Shown piece after piece: positions 28,563 through 38,584 of a stretch of DNA of 48,298 nt. Origin of the DNA: Clostridia bacterium (GTDB lineage: Bacteria; Bacillota; Sulfobacillia; SLMV01); contig PUNF01000098.1 in assembly GCA_003552525.1 (NCBI GenBank), positions 1-48,298 on the forward strand, in the 5' to 3' direction. Both the position numbers and the translations under genes were made by a program. The first letter of the stretch is position 1. The number at the start of each line of letters is the position of its first letter. The notes beneath the pieces are model-generated. The model worked only from the letters and a program-made list of their open reading frames with translations, was not told where the DNA came from and made no database searches.

Positions 28563-29480
28563 ATGAAGGACCTGGGGTTCTATCACTTGCTGCCCTACAT
28601 CGACGCACTGCCCAGTGGTGATCCTTTTGTGATCGCCGTCGCCGGTGGCAGTTCGCCAGAAATCTTGAGGACGTGCGCTCGCGCGGCCCGCGAGGGTATC
28701 GCGCACTCGATCCTGTTTGGAGATCCCGAAACCATCCGCGGAGAACTCGACGGGCTTTCTGCGGTGCCGGGGGAAGGATTGAGCGTTCGCGATAGCACCG
28801 ATCCCGCGCTGGATGCAGCACTTGCTGTGGGCAACGGCGAGGCACATGTGCTGATGAAGGGCAGCGTCTCATCCGGAGCCTTTCTCCGCGCGGCACTGAG
28901 CGAGCGGACCGGTCTTCGAACCGATGCCCTTCTGAGTCACGTCGGCTTTTTCGATATACCATCCTTCCCCCGCTTGCTCGGGATGACCGACGGGGGTATC
29001 AATATCTCCCCGGATTTCGATGCGCGGGTGGCCATCGTGGCGAATGCTGCGAGCATCGGTCGACGGGTGTTGGGTCGCACCCCGCGTATCGCATTGGTCG
29101 CCGCCGTGGAGAAGGTGCAGAGTAGTATGCCGGTAACCATGGAGTATGCCGCGATTGCGAAGATGGCGGAGCGCGGAAGCTTCGGGGACGCACATGTCGA
29201 CGGCCCGCTTGGGTTGGATAACGCACTCAACGCCGAGGCTGCCTGCAGCAAGGGATTGCGGGGCCCGGTGGCCGGAGCGGCCGATATCGTAGTGGTACCG
29301 GACATCCAGTCCGGCAATGTCATGGGCAAGACCCTCACTTACCTGGCCGATGCGCCGATGGCGGGCCTGGTCATTGGGGCCAGGGCACCCATCGTGCTCA
29401 ACTCCCGTGCGGATTCCTCGGCGGCTCGGCTGGCATCTGTAATCCTCGCGGCTTCTGTTGCGGGAGGTGCTTTCGGTTGA
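28563..29480 (+). CDS. ptb: Phosphate acetyl/butyryltransferase (Ptb-like)
   Basis: LMKG, LLSH, TDGGINI.P, AAVEKV, VDGPLGLDNA, VPDIQSGNVMGK, PIVLNSRADS. Confidence 0.88.
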   Translation: MKDLGFYHLLPYIDALPSGDPFVIAVAGGSSPEILRTCARAAREGIAHSILFGDPETIRGELDGLSAVPGEGLSVRDSTDPALDAALAVGNGEAHVLMKGSVSSGAFLRAALSERTGLRTDALLSHVGFFDIPSFPRLLGMTDGGINISPDFDARVAIVANAASIGRRVLGRTPRIALVAAVEKVQSSMPVTMEYAAIAKMAERGSFGDAHVDGPLGLDNALNAEAACSKGLRGPVAGAADIVVVPDIQSGNVMGKTLTYLADAPMAGLVIGARAPIVLNSRADSSAARLASVILAASVAGGAFG

Positions 29481-30601
29481 CTCAACGCACCACGGTAAGC
29501 GATATTGCGGGTCGGCTCGACGCCCTGGTTCCACCTGCACTCGCGGAAGAATGGGATAACGTCGGGCTACAGGTGGGTACTCCCGAGGCTCCCGTCGAGC
29601 GGCTGGGGGTGACCCTCGAGGTCACGGAACAGGGGATTCAACAAGCGAAAGCGCTCGGGGTGGGCCTGTTGGTCACCCACCACCCATTGATCCTCGGCGG
29701 CCTCCATAGGGTGCTTCGGAGGGAGCGGGTTGGCCGATTGCTGTACAGCCTCATGGAGGCCGACATGGCCCTCTATTCGGCCCATACGAACCTGGACGCC
29801 TCACCTTTGGGTCCCAGCGCGGTACTTGCACGACAATTGGAGCTCGAGGAAGTCGACGTCATGGCTCCCGTGCGGGACTTGCTGAAGTTGACTGTCTTCG
29901 TGCCGGAGGACTCCCTCGAGACCGTTCGAAGGGCCCTGGGAGATGCGGGGGCTGGGCATATCGGCGCGTACAGTCATTGCACGTTTAGTGTGCTCGGTAC
30001 GGGAAACTTCCTCCCATCGGAGGATACGTCGCCATACATCGGTGAACGTGGAGAGGTAAACGCGGTTTCAGAGGCGCGTCTAGAGACCATTATACCGAGA
30101 CATCAACAATCCTCCCTGTTACATGCCCTATTCGATGCGCACCCCTATGAAGAGCCGGCCTATGATCTTTATCCGCTCGCAAACGCGCGCGCGCTCGGCA
30201 TGGGTCGCATCGGCAACTTGCCCCATCCGATGTCGCTGGGTGACCTGGTGAAGACGCTGGCCCGGATAACGGGATCGGACGATCTTCGATACGTTGGCGA
30301 CGAGGATGCCCGTGTTCAGCGAGTCGCACTCGTTTGTGGCGCCGGTGCGAAGATGTGGCCCAATTGCCTGCAGCGGGGCGCCGAGGTCATGGTGAGTGGT
30401 GACATCAGCTATCACGTGGCCGAAGACCTGTTGGCCGAGGGACTCCTCGCGATAGATCCGGGCCACGCAGGATCCGAGGCTCCGTTCCTGGGCGACTATG
30501 TAGCCGCGATCGCAGAGGATTTCGAGCGGGCCGCGCTCCATTGCGAGGTATTGTCGATGGAGGAAAAAGTGGATCCCTGGAAAAGGGCCGACAAGGGATG
30601 A
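29477..30601 (+). CDS. Nif3-like dinuclear metal centre protein (YqfO type with PII-like insert)
   Basis: AEEWDNVGLQVG, VTHHP, SAHTNLD, HPYEEPAYD, GD..YH, DPGH..SE. Confidence 0.95.
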   Translation: MTQRTTVSDIAGRLDALVPPALAEEWDNVGLQVGTPEAPVERLGVTLEVTEQGIQQAKALGVGLLVTHHPLILGGLHRVLRRERVGRLLYSLMEADMALYSAHTNLDASPLGPSAVLARQLELEEVDVMAPVRDLLKLTVFVPEDSLETVRRALGDAGAGHIGAYSHCTFSVLGTGNFLPSEDTSPYIGERGEVNAVSEARLETIIPRHQQSSLLHALFDAHPYEEPAYDLYPLANARALGMGRIGNLPHPMSLGDLVKTLARITGSDDLRYVGDEDARVQRVALVCGAGAKMWPNCLQRGAEVMVSGDISYHVAEDLLAEGLLAIDPGHAGSEAPFLGDYVAAIAEDFERAALHCEVLSMEEKVDPWKRADKG

Positions 30602-30639
30602 CGGATCCCGGATCGATTTGGCTTTTGGGGCGCGATTTT

Positions 30640-30669
30640 TGGACAGTATGGTGGGCTCTTTGCTATAAT
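30640..30669 (+). promoter_or_regulatory. rnpB promoter
   Basis: TGGACA-N18-TATAAT with extended TG (TGcTATAAT), about 7 nt before the RNA 5' end. Confidence 0.75.
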
Positions 30670-30675
30670 TGGAAT

Positions 30676-31056
30676 GCGAGTGGGCCGGGCAGTCGCACCT
30701 GTCACATCCCGTCACGTTTTCACGCGATCCACCGGAACCCTTCGGGGGATGTGCAGGTGAGGAAAGTCCGAACTCCATAGGGCAGGGTGCCGGATAACGT
30801 CCGGTGAGGGCGACCTCCAGGAAAGTGCCACAGAAATTACACCGCCCCTCGCGGGGTAAGGGTGAAATGGTGGTGTAAGAGACCACCGGCGGTCGGGTAA
30901 CCGGCCGGCCAGGCAAACCCCACCCGGAGCAAGGCTGAATAGGAGGGGAATGAGGTGGCCCGCCAACCCCTCGGGTAAGCCGCTAGAGGCGCCAGGCAAC
31001 TGGCGTCCCAGATAAATGACTGTCCTCGACAGAATTCGGCTTACAGGTCCACTCGC
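30676..31056 (+). ncRNA. rnpB: Bacterial RNase P RNA, type A
   Basis: GAGGAAAGTCCGAA, GGAAAGTGCCACAGAAA, GGCAAACCCCACCCGGAGCAAGG, ACAGAATTCGGCTTA; P1 GCGAGTGG / CCACTCGC. Confidence 0.97.
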
Positions 31057-31199
31057 TTACATATGGGTACAGACGACGGCCTGGGCAAACGACTCTGTGG
31101 CCGTCGTATCGTTTGTTGGAACCCCGGATAACGGTGGCGCGTCCATATGATTGATGCTGGACCCGAAGACGGGGCGAGTAAGAAGAGGGGGAGCAGACG

Positions 31200-32096
31200 G
31201 TGCGAGGATCCAGATGGATTGCGATCGTAGTGCTCGGCCTCCTGGTGCTCTTCGGCGCGGCGGGATGCCGGCGCCCCGAAGAGCCACCACCGGAATCCGG
31301 GGATGTCGAGTTCGAAGAGGTTGAAGAACCCCCGGTGGAAGTGGCGGAGTGGGTCGATGCAATGACCGAGCATGCTCGGGATTGGATGATTCTCGATGAT
31401 GTGGTGTACGTCGCTGTGAGTCGAGAAGAGGTCCCCCACGCCGGGCATGATGTCGTCATCGAGCGGATCGGTTTTTCGCGCGAGGATGAGGATTATTTCG
31501 TCGACGTATCCGCCACGTACACTGGCCCTGATCCGGATGTGCAATACGAGGAGGGGCCCATGCGTCCCGTGGCACTCGTTCGGTTTCCCCTCGACGAAAT
31601 CCCCGGCGCCACAGCCGCGGTTTTGGACTTCGCTTTTCTCGTCGATGAAGCCGATGTCGTGGAGTTACCAGAAGAGGAGCATCCTCGCCACCGAGTGATA
31701 TTGTATTTTGGAACCTCGGATGGGCAGATGACCCGCGTTTATCGCACCATAAGAGCGCCGGAACTGGATGTCGACCTCCTCGTGGCAGAGTTGATGGCCG
31801 GACCGGTCGAATCCGGTGCCATTGCCGTGTTGCCGGAGGGTACGACCCTAACGGTGACCCCCGATGCCGAGCAATCCGACCTCGTCCACGTGGATTTTAG
31901 CCGCGAAGTGCTGGAGGCCCGGGGTACCTTGGGCGAGATGCTCGCCGTATACTCGGTAGTGAACACGCTGGTAGACAATGATCTCGGCTACGAACGCGTC
32001 CAGGTAAGCGTCGATGGCCGTTCGGATACCCTGGGACACCTCGATATCGGTGATCCACTCACATTCGAAGACGCCCTGGTGCTGGACGATAAGTGA
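31200..32096 (+). CDS. Lipoprotein with PrcB_C-like N-domain and C-terminal GerMN domain
   Basis: Lipobox AAGC; YVAVSREEVPHAGHDVVIERI resembles the PrcB_C pattern; ILYF...ELMAGP...LPEGT...VDFS...YSVVNTL GerMN pattern. Confidence 0.75.
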   Translation: MRGSRWIAIVVLGLLVLFGAAGCRRPEEPPPESGDVEFEEVEEPPVEVAEWVDAMTEHARDWMILDDVVYVAVSREEVPHAGHDVVIERIGFSREDEDYFVDVSATYTGPDPDVQYEEGPMRPVALVRFPLDEIPGATAAVLDFAFLVDEADVVELPEEEHPRHRVILYFGTSDGQMTRVYRTIRAPELDVDLLVAELMAGPVESGAIAVLPEGTTLTVTPDAEQSDLVHVDFSREVLEARGTLGEMLAVYSVVNTLVDNDLGYERVQVSVDGRSDTLGHLDIGDPLTFEDALVLDDK

Positions 32097-32168
32097 TCGA
32101 TGCGAACGACGGGCGCATCGGACGGTATCTAGGGAAACACCCCTGTCTTCCGGGAGGCTTTGATTGAT

Positions 32169-34760
32169 TTGCTGGGATTCTTGAAGAAGATGTTGGATTT
32201 CAACGAACGCGAGTTGCGGCGCCTGCGTCCAATCGTGGCAGCCGTCAACGAGTGGGAGTCCGAAATGCAATCCAAAAGCGACGAAGCCCTTGCGGGGATG
32301 ACGGCACAGTTTCGCGACCGCCTTGCCCGCGGGGAAAGCCTCGACGCTTTGGAGGCCGAGGCCTTCGCGGTGGTTCGCGAGGCGGCCCGGCGCACCCTCG
32401 GCCAGCGACATTTTGATGTGCAGGTACTGGGTGCGCTGGGTTTGCACCGGGGCATGGTTTGCGAGATGAAGACGGGTGAGGGTAAGACCCTCGTCGCGAC
32501 CATGCCGGCCTACCTAAATGCCCTGGCTGGTCAAGGGGTTCACGTCGTAACGGTCAACGAGTATCTCGCCCGTCGAGATAGCGAGTGGATGGGCGAAATC
32601 TATCGTTTCCTCGGCATGGATGTCGGACTAATCGTCTCCGGTCTCAAGGCGAAGGAGCGAAGAGAAGCATATGCTTCGGATATTACCTATGGGACCAACA
32701 ACGAGTTTGGTTTCGATTACCTGCGTGACAACATGGCGACTTCACCAGATCAGTTGGTGCAGCGAAGCCTTCACTATGCTATCGTCGACGAGGTGGACAG
32801 TGTCTTTATCGATGAGGCACGAACGCCCCTCATTATATCTGGAGCACCCAGGCAGCAGGCGGAGAATTACGAGAGGTTCGCGCGGATCGTTCGTCAGCTG
32901 CGACCGGAGGAACATTACACCGTGGACGAAAAGGGCGGGAGCGTGGTCCCGACCGATGAGGGACTGGCCGTGGTCGAGGAACGCCTGGGAATCGACGACC
33001 TGTTCCATCCTTCCCACATTGAACTGAACCACTTCCTCACGCAAGGGCTAAAGGCAAAGGAACTGTTTAAGCGCGATCGTGATTATGTGGTGACCGATGA
33101 TCGCGTCGTGATCGTGGACCAGTTCACCGGGCGCCTGATGCCGGGACGGCGGTATAGCGACGGTCTGCATCAATCCCTGGAGGCCAAGGAAGGGTTGTCC
33201 ATCCGGGAAGAGACGCAGACGCTGGCGACCATTACTTTTCAGAATTACTTCCGGATGTACGAAAAACTCGCGGGCATGACCGGCACGGCGGCCACGGAGG
33301 CCGATGAGTTCGACGAGATATACGGTCTGAAGGTAGTCGTCATTCCAACCAATCGACCGATGATTCGTACAGATCACCCGGATGCCGTGTACAAGTCCGA
33401 GGGAGGCAAGTTCGAGGCGGTCGTCGCGGATATCCGAGAGCGGCACAGCCATGGACAGCCGGTCCTTGTCGGCACGGCTTCCATCGATCGGTCCGAACAG
33501 CTGAGCGATATGCTCCATGCGGTCGAGATCCCTCACGAGGTCCTTAATGCCAAGCACCACGAGCGAGAGGCAGAGATCGTCAAGGGTGCCGGCGAGCCGG
33601 GGCGTGTTACGATCGCCACGAACATGGCCGGGCGAGGCACCGATATCGTGCTCGGAGAAGGCGTGGTGGAACGCGGTGGACTGCACGTGCTCGGTACCGA
33701 GCGACACGAGAGTCGGCGCATCGATAACCAGTTGCGTGGCCGATCCGGACGCCAGGGTGATCCCGGCTCATCGCAGTTTTACGTATCGATGGAAGACGAT
33801 TTGATGCGGCTTTTCGGGGGGGAAACCCTCGAGGGCATGCTTAACCGGGTCGGGCTCGAAGAATCGGAGCGGCTGGAACACTCGATGTTGTCTTCGGCGA
33901 TCGAAAGAGCCCAAAGGCGGGTAGAATCGAAGAACTTCGGTATCCGCAAGCAGTTGCTGGAATATGATGACGTGTTGAATGAACAGCGCAAGGTGGTCTA
34001 TGCGCAGCGCCGCCGGGTACTCGAGGGCGCTTCGATGCGCGATACCATTCTCGATATGGCGGAGGAGGTAATCCGGGAGCGGGTGCAAACGTACTGTGCC
34101 GATGGCCGCTATCCAGAGGAATGGAATCTCGGGGGCCTTATCACGGACCTGGAGATGCAGCTGCTTCCCCCGGGGCGTCTGCAGAAGTCCATTTTGGTGG
34201 AGAAGGCCGAAGAAGGCGGTTTTCAAGGACTTACAGCGTACCTGGTGAGTGTCTCCCGCGCGGTGTACCGGGCCAAGGAGGACAAGATTGGCAAGGATCG
34301 TTTTGATCAGCTTGCACGAATCTTCCTTCTCCGTGTCGTCGATGCGAAGTGGATGGATTACCTTGCAGCGGCGGACGAGTTGCGACAGGGGATTGGATTG
34401 CGGGCGTACGGACAGGAAAAGCCGCTCGTCGCATATCAACGTGAGACACACAGCATGTTCAACAACATGATCGGTGCGATTCGGGAAGATGTCGTCAAAT
34501 ACGTGTACAAGATTGAACTTTCCTCGGAAGGGATCTCACTCCCGGATGCGAGCGGCGCACGAATCGTCGGTCAGACATCACAGGACCCATCGGGGGCTTT
34601 CGATGCCCACCGGGCTGGCGATACGGGGCGTTCGGCAGCGGCATCTGGGGGTGGAAAGCCGGCGCGGCCCCAGCCCTTCCAACGGCAGCGGCCGAAGGTT
34701 GGGCGAAACGATCCCTGCCCATGCGGAAGCGGCAAGAAGTACAAGCATTGTTGCGGATAG
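32169..34760 (+). CDS. secA: Preprotein translocase ATPase SecA
   Basis: [67 protein letters not shown]; TTG start at 32169 gives MLGFLKK. Confidence 0.98.
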   Translation: MLGFLKKMLDFNERELRRLRPIVAAVNEWESEMQSKSDEALAGMTAQFRDRLARGESLDALEAEAFAVVREAARRTLGQRHFDVQVLGALGLHRGMVCEMKTGEGKTLVATMPAYLNALAGQGVHVVTVNEYLARRDSEWMGEIYRFLGMDVGLIVSGLKAKERREAYASDITYGTNNEFGFDYLRDNMATSPDQLVQRSLHYAIVDEVDSVFIDEARTPLIISGAPRQQAENYERFARIVRQLRPEEHYTVDEKGGSVVPTDEGLAVVEERLGIDDLFHPSHIELNHFLTQGLKAKELFKRDRDYVVTDDRVVIVDQFTGRLMPGRRYSDGLHQSLEAKEGLSIREETQTLATITFQNYFRMYEKLAGMTGTAATEADEFDEIYGLKVVVIPTNRPMIRTDHPDAVYKSEGGKFEAVVADIRERHSHGQPVLVGTASIDRSEQLSDMLHAVEIPHEVLNAKHHEREAEIVKGAGEPGRVTIATNMAGRGTDIVLGEGVVERGGLHVLGTERHESRRIDNQLRGRSGRQGDPGSSQFYVSMEDDLMRLFGGETLEGMLNRVGLEESERLEHSMLSSAIERAQRRVESKNFGIRKQLLEYDDVLNEQRKVVYAQRRRVLEGASMRDTILDMAEEVIRERVQTYCADGRYPEEWNLGGLITDLEMQLLPPGRLQKSILVEKAEEGGFQGLTAYLVSVSRAVYRAKEDKIGKDRFDQLARIFLLRVVDAKWMDYLAAADELRQGIGLRAYGQEKPLVAYQRETHSMFNNMIGAIREDVVKYVYKIELSSEGISLPDASGARIVGQTSQDPSGAFDAHRAGDTGRSAAASGGGKPARPQPFQRQRPKVGRNDPCPCGSGKKYKHCCG

Positions 34761-34778
34761 ATGGAGGAGGCGTGGATT

Positions 34779-35910
34779 TTGCTCGACGAGATTCAAGGTG
34801 CATTGGAAGATTTGTGGCATGAACTGGACATGCTAAGGGGGTCTCTTTGACCCCGACACGAGGCGAGAAGAGATCGATGCGCTCGAGGCAGAAATGGCGG
34901 ATCCCGATTTTTGGAACGACCAGGAGCGCGCGCAGCGCATCATCCGCAGGCGAAATAGCCTGGAGGGTCCACTCGCCAAATACGACGACTATCGCGAGCG
35001 CGTTGAAGAGGCACTTCTCCTGGTGGAACTGTCCCGGGAGGAGGAGGACCACTCCGAGCTGGAGGCTCTTCGAAGCGAATTGGAGACGCTGCGCGGCGAG
35101 ATAGCCGACCTTCGTCTGCAGCTGCTACTTTCGGGACAGTATGATTCCGCGGATGCTATCATGTCCATCAATCCTGGTGCCGGCGGCCTGGACGCCCAGG
35201 ACTGGGCGGAGATGCTGTTGCGCATGTACGTCCGTTGGGCCGAACAGACGGGCTATCAGCATGAGGTGCTCGATCTCGTGCCGGCTGAAGAAGGCGGAAT
35301 CAAGGGTGCTTCTCTGGCTATCAAGGGTGAAAACGCCTACGGTTTTCTCAAGGCCGAGCGGGGCGTTCATCGCCTCGTCCGCATATCCCCGTACGATAGT
35401 TCCGGGCGGCGCCATACCTCGTTCGCCTCCGTGGAAGTGATGCCCGACCTCGGTGACGACGATGATGACATCGAGATTCGCGACGAGGAACTGCGCGTCG
35501 ATACGTATCGTGCCAGCGGTGCCGGTGGCCAACACGTGAACAAGACCGATTCCGCGGTGCGGATCACCCACCTGCCCACGGGGGTTGTGGTTACTTGTCA
35601 AAACGAAAGAAGCCAGCACAAGAACCGTGCCGCCGCGATGAAGATCCTGCGGGCTCGTCTATTGCAAATCCGGGAAGAGGAGAAGGCGCGCGAACTCGAG
35701 GGGATTCGAGGTGAAAAGGCCGATATCACTTGGGGCAACCAGATCCGAAGCTACGTCTTCCAACCCTACACCATGGTAAAGGATCATCGTACCCAGGTGG
35801 AAAAGGGCAGTATCGAAGCGGTGATGGATGGTGACATCGGTGCGTTCATTCGCGGTTATCTGGAATACCAGGGGGAGCGGAAGGCAGAGACCTCGGGGAG
35901 TGCCGGATAA
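34779..35910 (+). CDS. prfB: Peptide chain release factor 2, expressed via programmed +1 frameshift
   Basis: Short ORF (MLDEIQ...RGSL) ending CTT TGA C at 34845-34851 with internal SD AGGGGG; +1 frame contains GVHRLVRISPY and GAGGQHVN. Confidence 0.96.
34836..34851 (+). other. prfB programmed frameshift signal
   Basis: AGGGGG-TCT-CTT-TGA-C, the canonical RF2 autoregulatory site. Confidence 0.95.
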
Positions 35911-36659
35911 TGGGTGTTGCGAAGCGTTCCGTCCTCGGCTTGGCGTTCGCGAACGTGACGCTGTCTGAAGCGGCCGACCACTTGCGATCCCGCATTCCCT
36001 GCGGTCGGCCGTACGTCGCATTCACCCCCAACCCCGAGATGATGGAACGAGCGGCACGAGACGCTGGGTTTTGCTGCTGGCTACACCGTGCAGATGTGTT
36101 GTTTGCCGATGGCGTTGGCGTAGTTTGGGCTTCACGGATCCTCGGGCAGCCGTTGCCCGGGGTCGTCCCGGGGATCGACCTGATGCACGCACTGTTTCGC
36201 CGTGCAGATGCCCAGGGATTGTCCGTGTTCCTTCTTGGGACCACTGAGGAAAACGTCTCCGCTGCGGCGGAACGACTGAAGTGCCAGTACGCCGGGGTCC
36301 GGCTCGTCGGCTATCAGCACGGCTTCTTCGCGGATACAGGGTGGCCTGCAGTCCGCGATATGCTGCAGGCATCCGGGCCTGACATCGTGATATGTGGTAT
36401 GGGTGTTCCGAAGGATCAGCAGTTCTTGATTCAGAATCGATCAGAACTACCTCCCTCCGTATACCTCGCCGTCGGAGGCGCTCTGGACGTGTTGGCGGGG
36501 GTCGTATCTCGGGCGCCCACACCGTTTCGTCGCTTGCGCATGGAGTGGTTATACCGGCTATTGACCAACCCGACTCGCTTCCGGCGCCAGCTGGCATTGC
36601 CCCGCTTCGTCTGCCGGGTATTGCGCATGCGGGTGACGGGAAGAACATCTTTACGCTAA
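35910..36659 (+). CDS. WecB/TagA/CpsF family glycosyltransferase (GT26)
   Basis: TPNPE, ADGVG, GIDL, GMGVPK, VGGALDV.AG...RAP, EWLYRL; TAATG overlap with prfB. Confidence 0.92.
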   Translation: MGVAKRSVLGLAFANVTLSEAADHLRSRIPCGRPYVAFTPNPEMMERAARDAGFCCWLHRADVLFADGVGVVWASRILGQPLPGVVPGIDLMHALFRRADAQGLSVFLLGTTEENVSAAAERLKCQYAGVRLVGYQHGFFADTGWPAVRDMLQASGPDIVICGMGVPKDQQFLIQNRSELPPSVYLAVGGALDVLAGVVSRAPTPFRRLRMEWLYRLLTNPTRFRRQLALPRFVCRVLRMRVTGRTSLR

Positions 36660-36663
36660 AGTA

Positions 36664-37608
36664 GTGTCGGACCCGATGAAAATCAGCCTTCGGGATTATC
36701 GAGACTCACGGGAGGTGATGGGCTCGGCCGGAGTGGAAAACCCGCCGGGCTTTCGCATGCGCATTTCCCCTTCATTGACTGCCGATAGACAGAAGACCCT
36801 ACAGGATCACGCCACGCGACTCCGCTGTGACGTGATCAATGCCCTCGCAGAAGCCGGTTCAGGCCATCCGGGAGGAAGTCTATCCTGTGCCGATATCGTG
36901 GCAACCCTCTTTTTCGATGTGATGGAACTCGATCCCGAGAATGCCCGGTGGCCCGACCGTGATCGGTTCATCCTGGCCAAGGGGCACGCGGCACCGTTGC
37001 TTTATGCGGCGCTCGCCGGACGAGGCTTCTTTTCGCGGGACGAACTCGGCACACTCCGCAAGCTAAGTAGCCGATTGCAGGGTCACCCCGATATGCGCAA
37101 GACGCCGGGCGTGGAAGCCAGCACCGGTTCACTTGGACAGGGGCTCTCCATCGCAGTGGGGCTGGCGCTGGGGGGCCAACTCGATGGGGCGGCCTGGGGC
37201 GTGTACGCCCTGCTCGGTGACGGCGAATTGCAGGAGGGCCAAGTATGGGAGGCTGCCATGGCGGCTGCCCACTACGGCCTCGATAACCTGGTTGCGATTG
37301 TCGACAACAACGGCTTGCAGATCGATGGCCCTATCGCCGAGGTCATGGCCCCCGAGCCCCTCGCAGACAAGTGGCGCGCGTTCGGTTGGAATGTGTTCGA
37401 AATAGACGGGCACGATATATGGGCCATTCACGGGGCGCTCGTCGAGGCGCAGGGTGCGACGGGTCCCGCCGTCCTGATCGCGCGAACGGTGAAGGGCAAG
37501 GGCGTATCGTTCATGGAGGGCGAGTGCGATTGGCACGGCAAGGCCCCGTCTCAAGAGGAGTGTCACGTGGCTTTAGAGGACCTGATCGGAGGTGAGGCCC
37601 GTGGGTGA
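36664..37608 (+). CDS. Transketolase, N-terminal (TPP-binding) subunit
   Basis: SGHPGGSLS, DRFILAKGH, LQGHP, GSLGQG, GDGELQEG, TVKGKG, WHG; true start may be 36718 or 36757. Confidence 0.93.
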   Translation: MSDPMKISLRDYRDSREVMGSAGVENPPGFRMRISPSLTADRQKTLQDHATRLRCDVINALAEAGSGHPGGSLSCADIVATLFFDVMELDPENARWPDRDRFILAKGHAAPLLYAALAGRGFFSRDELGTLRKLSSRLQGHPDMRKTPGVEASTGSLGQGLSIAVGLALGGQLDGAAWGVYALLGDGELQEGQVWEAAMAAAHYGLDNLVAIVDNNGLQIDGPIAEVMAPEPLADKWRAFGWNVFEIDGHDIWAIHGALVEAQGATGPAVLIARTVKGKGVSFMEGECDWHGKAPSQEECHVALEDLIGGEARG

Positions 37609-38545
37609 TACGCAGGTTTTTGAGGCGACGCGGGATGCCTACGGACGTGCACTGGTGGAATTGGGGGCGCTCCGAGATGACCTCGTGGTCCTCGATGCCG
37701 ATCTTTCCGGATCCACCAGGACGAAGAAATTCGCCGATCAGTATCCGGACCGCTTCTTCAATGCGGGTATTGCAGAGCAGAACATGATGAACATGGCCGC
37801 GGGTTTGGCCCTCGCCGGCAAGGTCGCTTTCGCGAGCACCTTCGCCATCTTCGCCACGGGGCGCGCTTGGGAACAGGTGCGCAACACCATTGCCTATCCG
37901 CGGTTGCCCGTGAAGATCATCGCGACCCATGCGGGTCTGACGGTAGGCGCGGATGGTGCATCCCACCAGGCCCTCGAAGATATTGCGGTCATGCGGGCCA
38001 TACCGGGAATGCATGTCATCGTCCCTGCCGATGGAGCGGAGGCAGAAGCCGCCATCAAGGCATCCTTGGATATCGAGGGACCGGTCTATATTCGTCTCGG
38101 GCGTGCCAAGGTTCCCACCATCACCGATGGGGAGTTCGTACCAGGACGTGGGAGCACCCTGGCAAATGGGGATGATGTGGCGATCGTCGCCTGTGGGATC
38201 ATGGTGGCGCGGGCCCTAGAAGCGGCAGATCGGATGCGCGAACGGGGGATCAATTGTCGCGTCATCAACATGTCTGCAGTGAAGCCGTTGGACGAAGACC
38301 TTTTGCTCCGCGCCGCTCGCAGTTGCGAAGCGGTGGTAACGGCAGAAGAACACAACGTGATCGGCGGCCTGGGCAGTGCAGTCGCCGAATTCTTGGGGGC
38401 CAATTGCCCCGTTCCGGTGCTTCCGGTCGCCGTAAAGGATCGATTCGGTCAGTCGGGTGATCCGGATGCACTTCTTGAGTACTATGGGCTGATGCCCAAT
38501 GACATCGAGGCGGCGTGTGTCCGCGCCATGCAGATGCGGGGCTAG
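37601..38545 (+). CDS. Transketolase, C-terminal subunit
   Basis: ATRDAYG, DADL..ST, GIAEQNM, DGASHQ, EEH..IGGLG; GTG after GGAGGTG. Confidence 0.94.
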   Translation: MGDTQVFEATRDAYGRALVELGALRDDLVVLDADLSGSTRTKKFADQYPDRFFNAGIAEQNMMNMAAGLALAGKVAFASTFAIFATGRAWEQVRNTIAYPRLPVKIIATHAGLTVGADGASHQALEDIAVMRAIPGMHVIVPADGAEAEAAIKASLDIEGPVYIRLGRAKVPTITDGEFVPGRGSTLANGDDVAIVACGIMVARALEAADRMRERGINCRVINMSAVKPLDEDLLLRAARSCEAVVTAEEHNVIGGLGSAVAEFLGANCPVPVLPVAVKDRFGQSGDPDALLEYYGLMPNDIEAACVRAMQMRG

Positions 38546-38584
38546 GGTCGCCCATACCCTAAATGCATCATCACAGCTGGCGAA

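Noticed and set aside
34779-34850. prfB as a frameshifted pseudogene
   Set aside because: The break is the canonical programmed CTT TGA frameshift.
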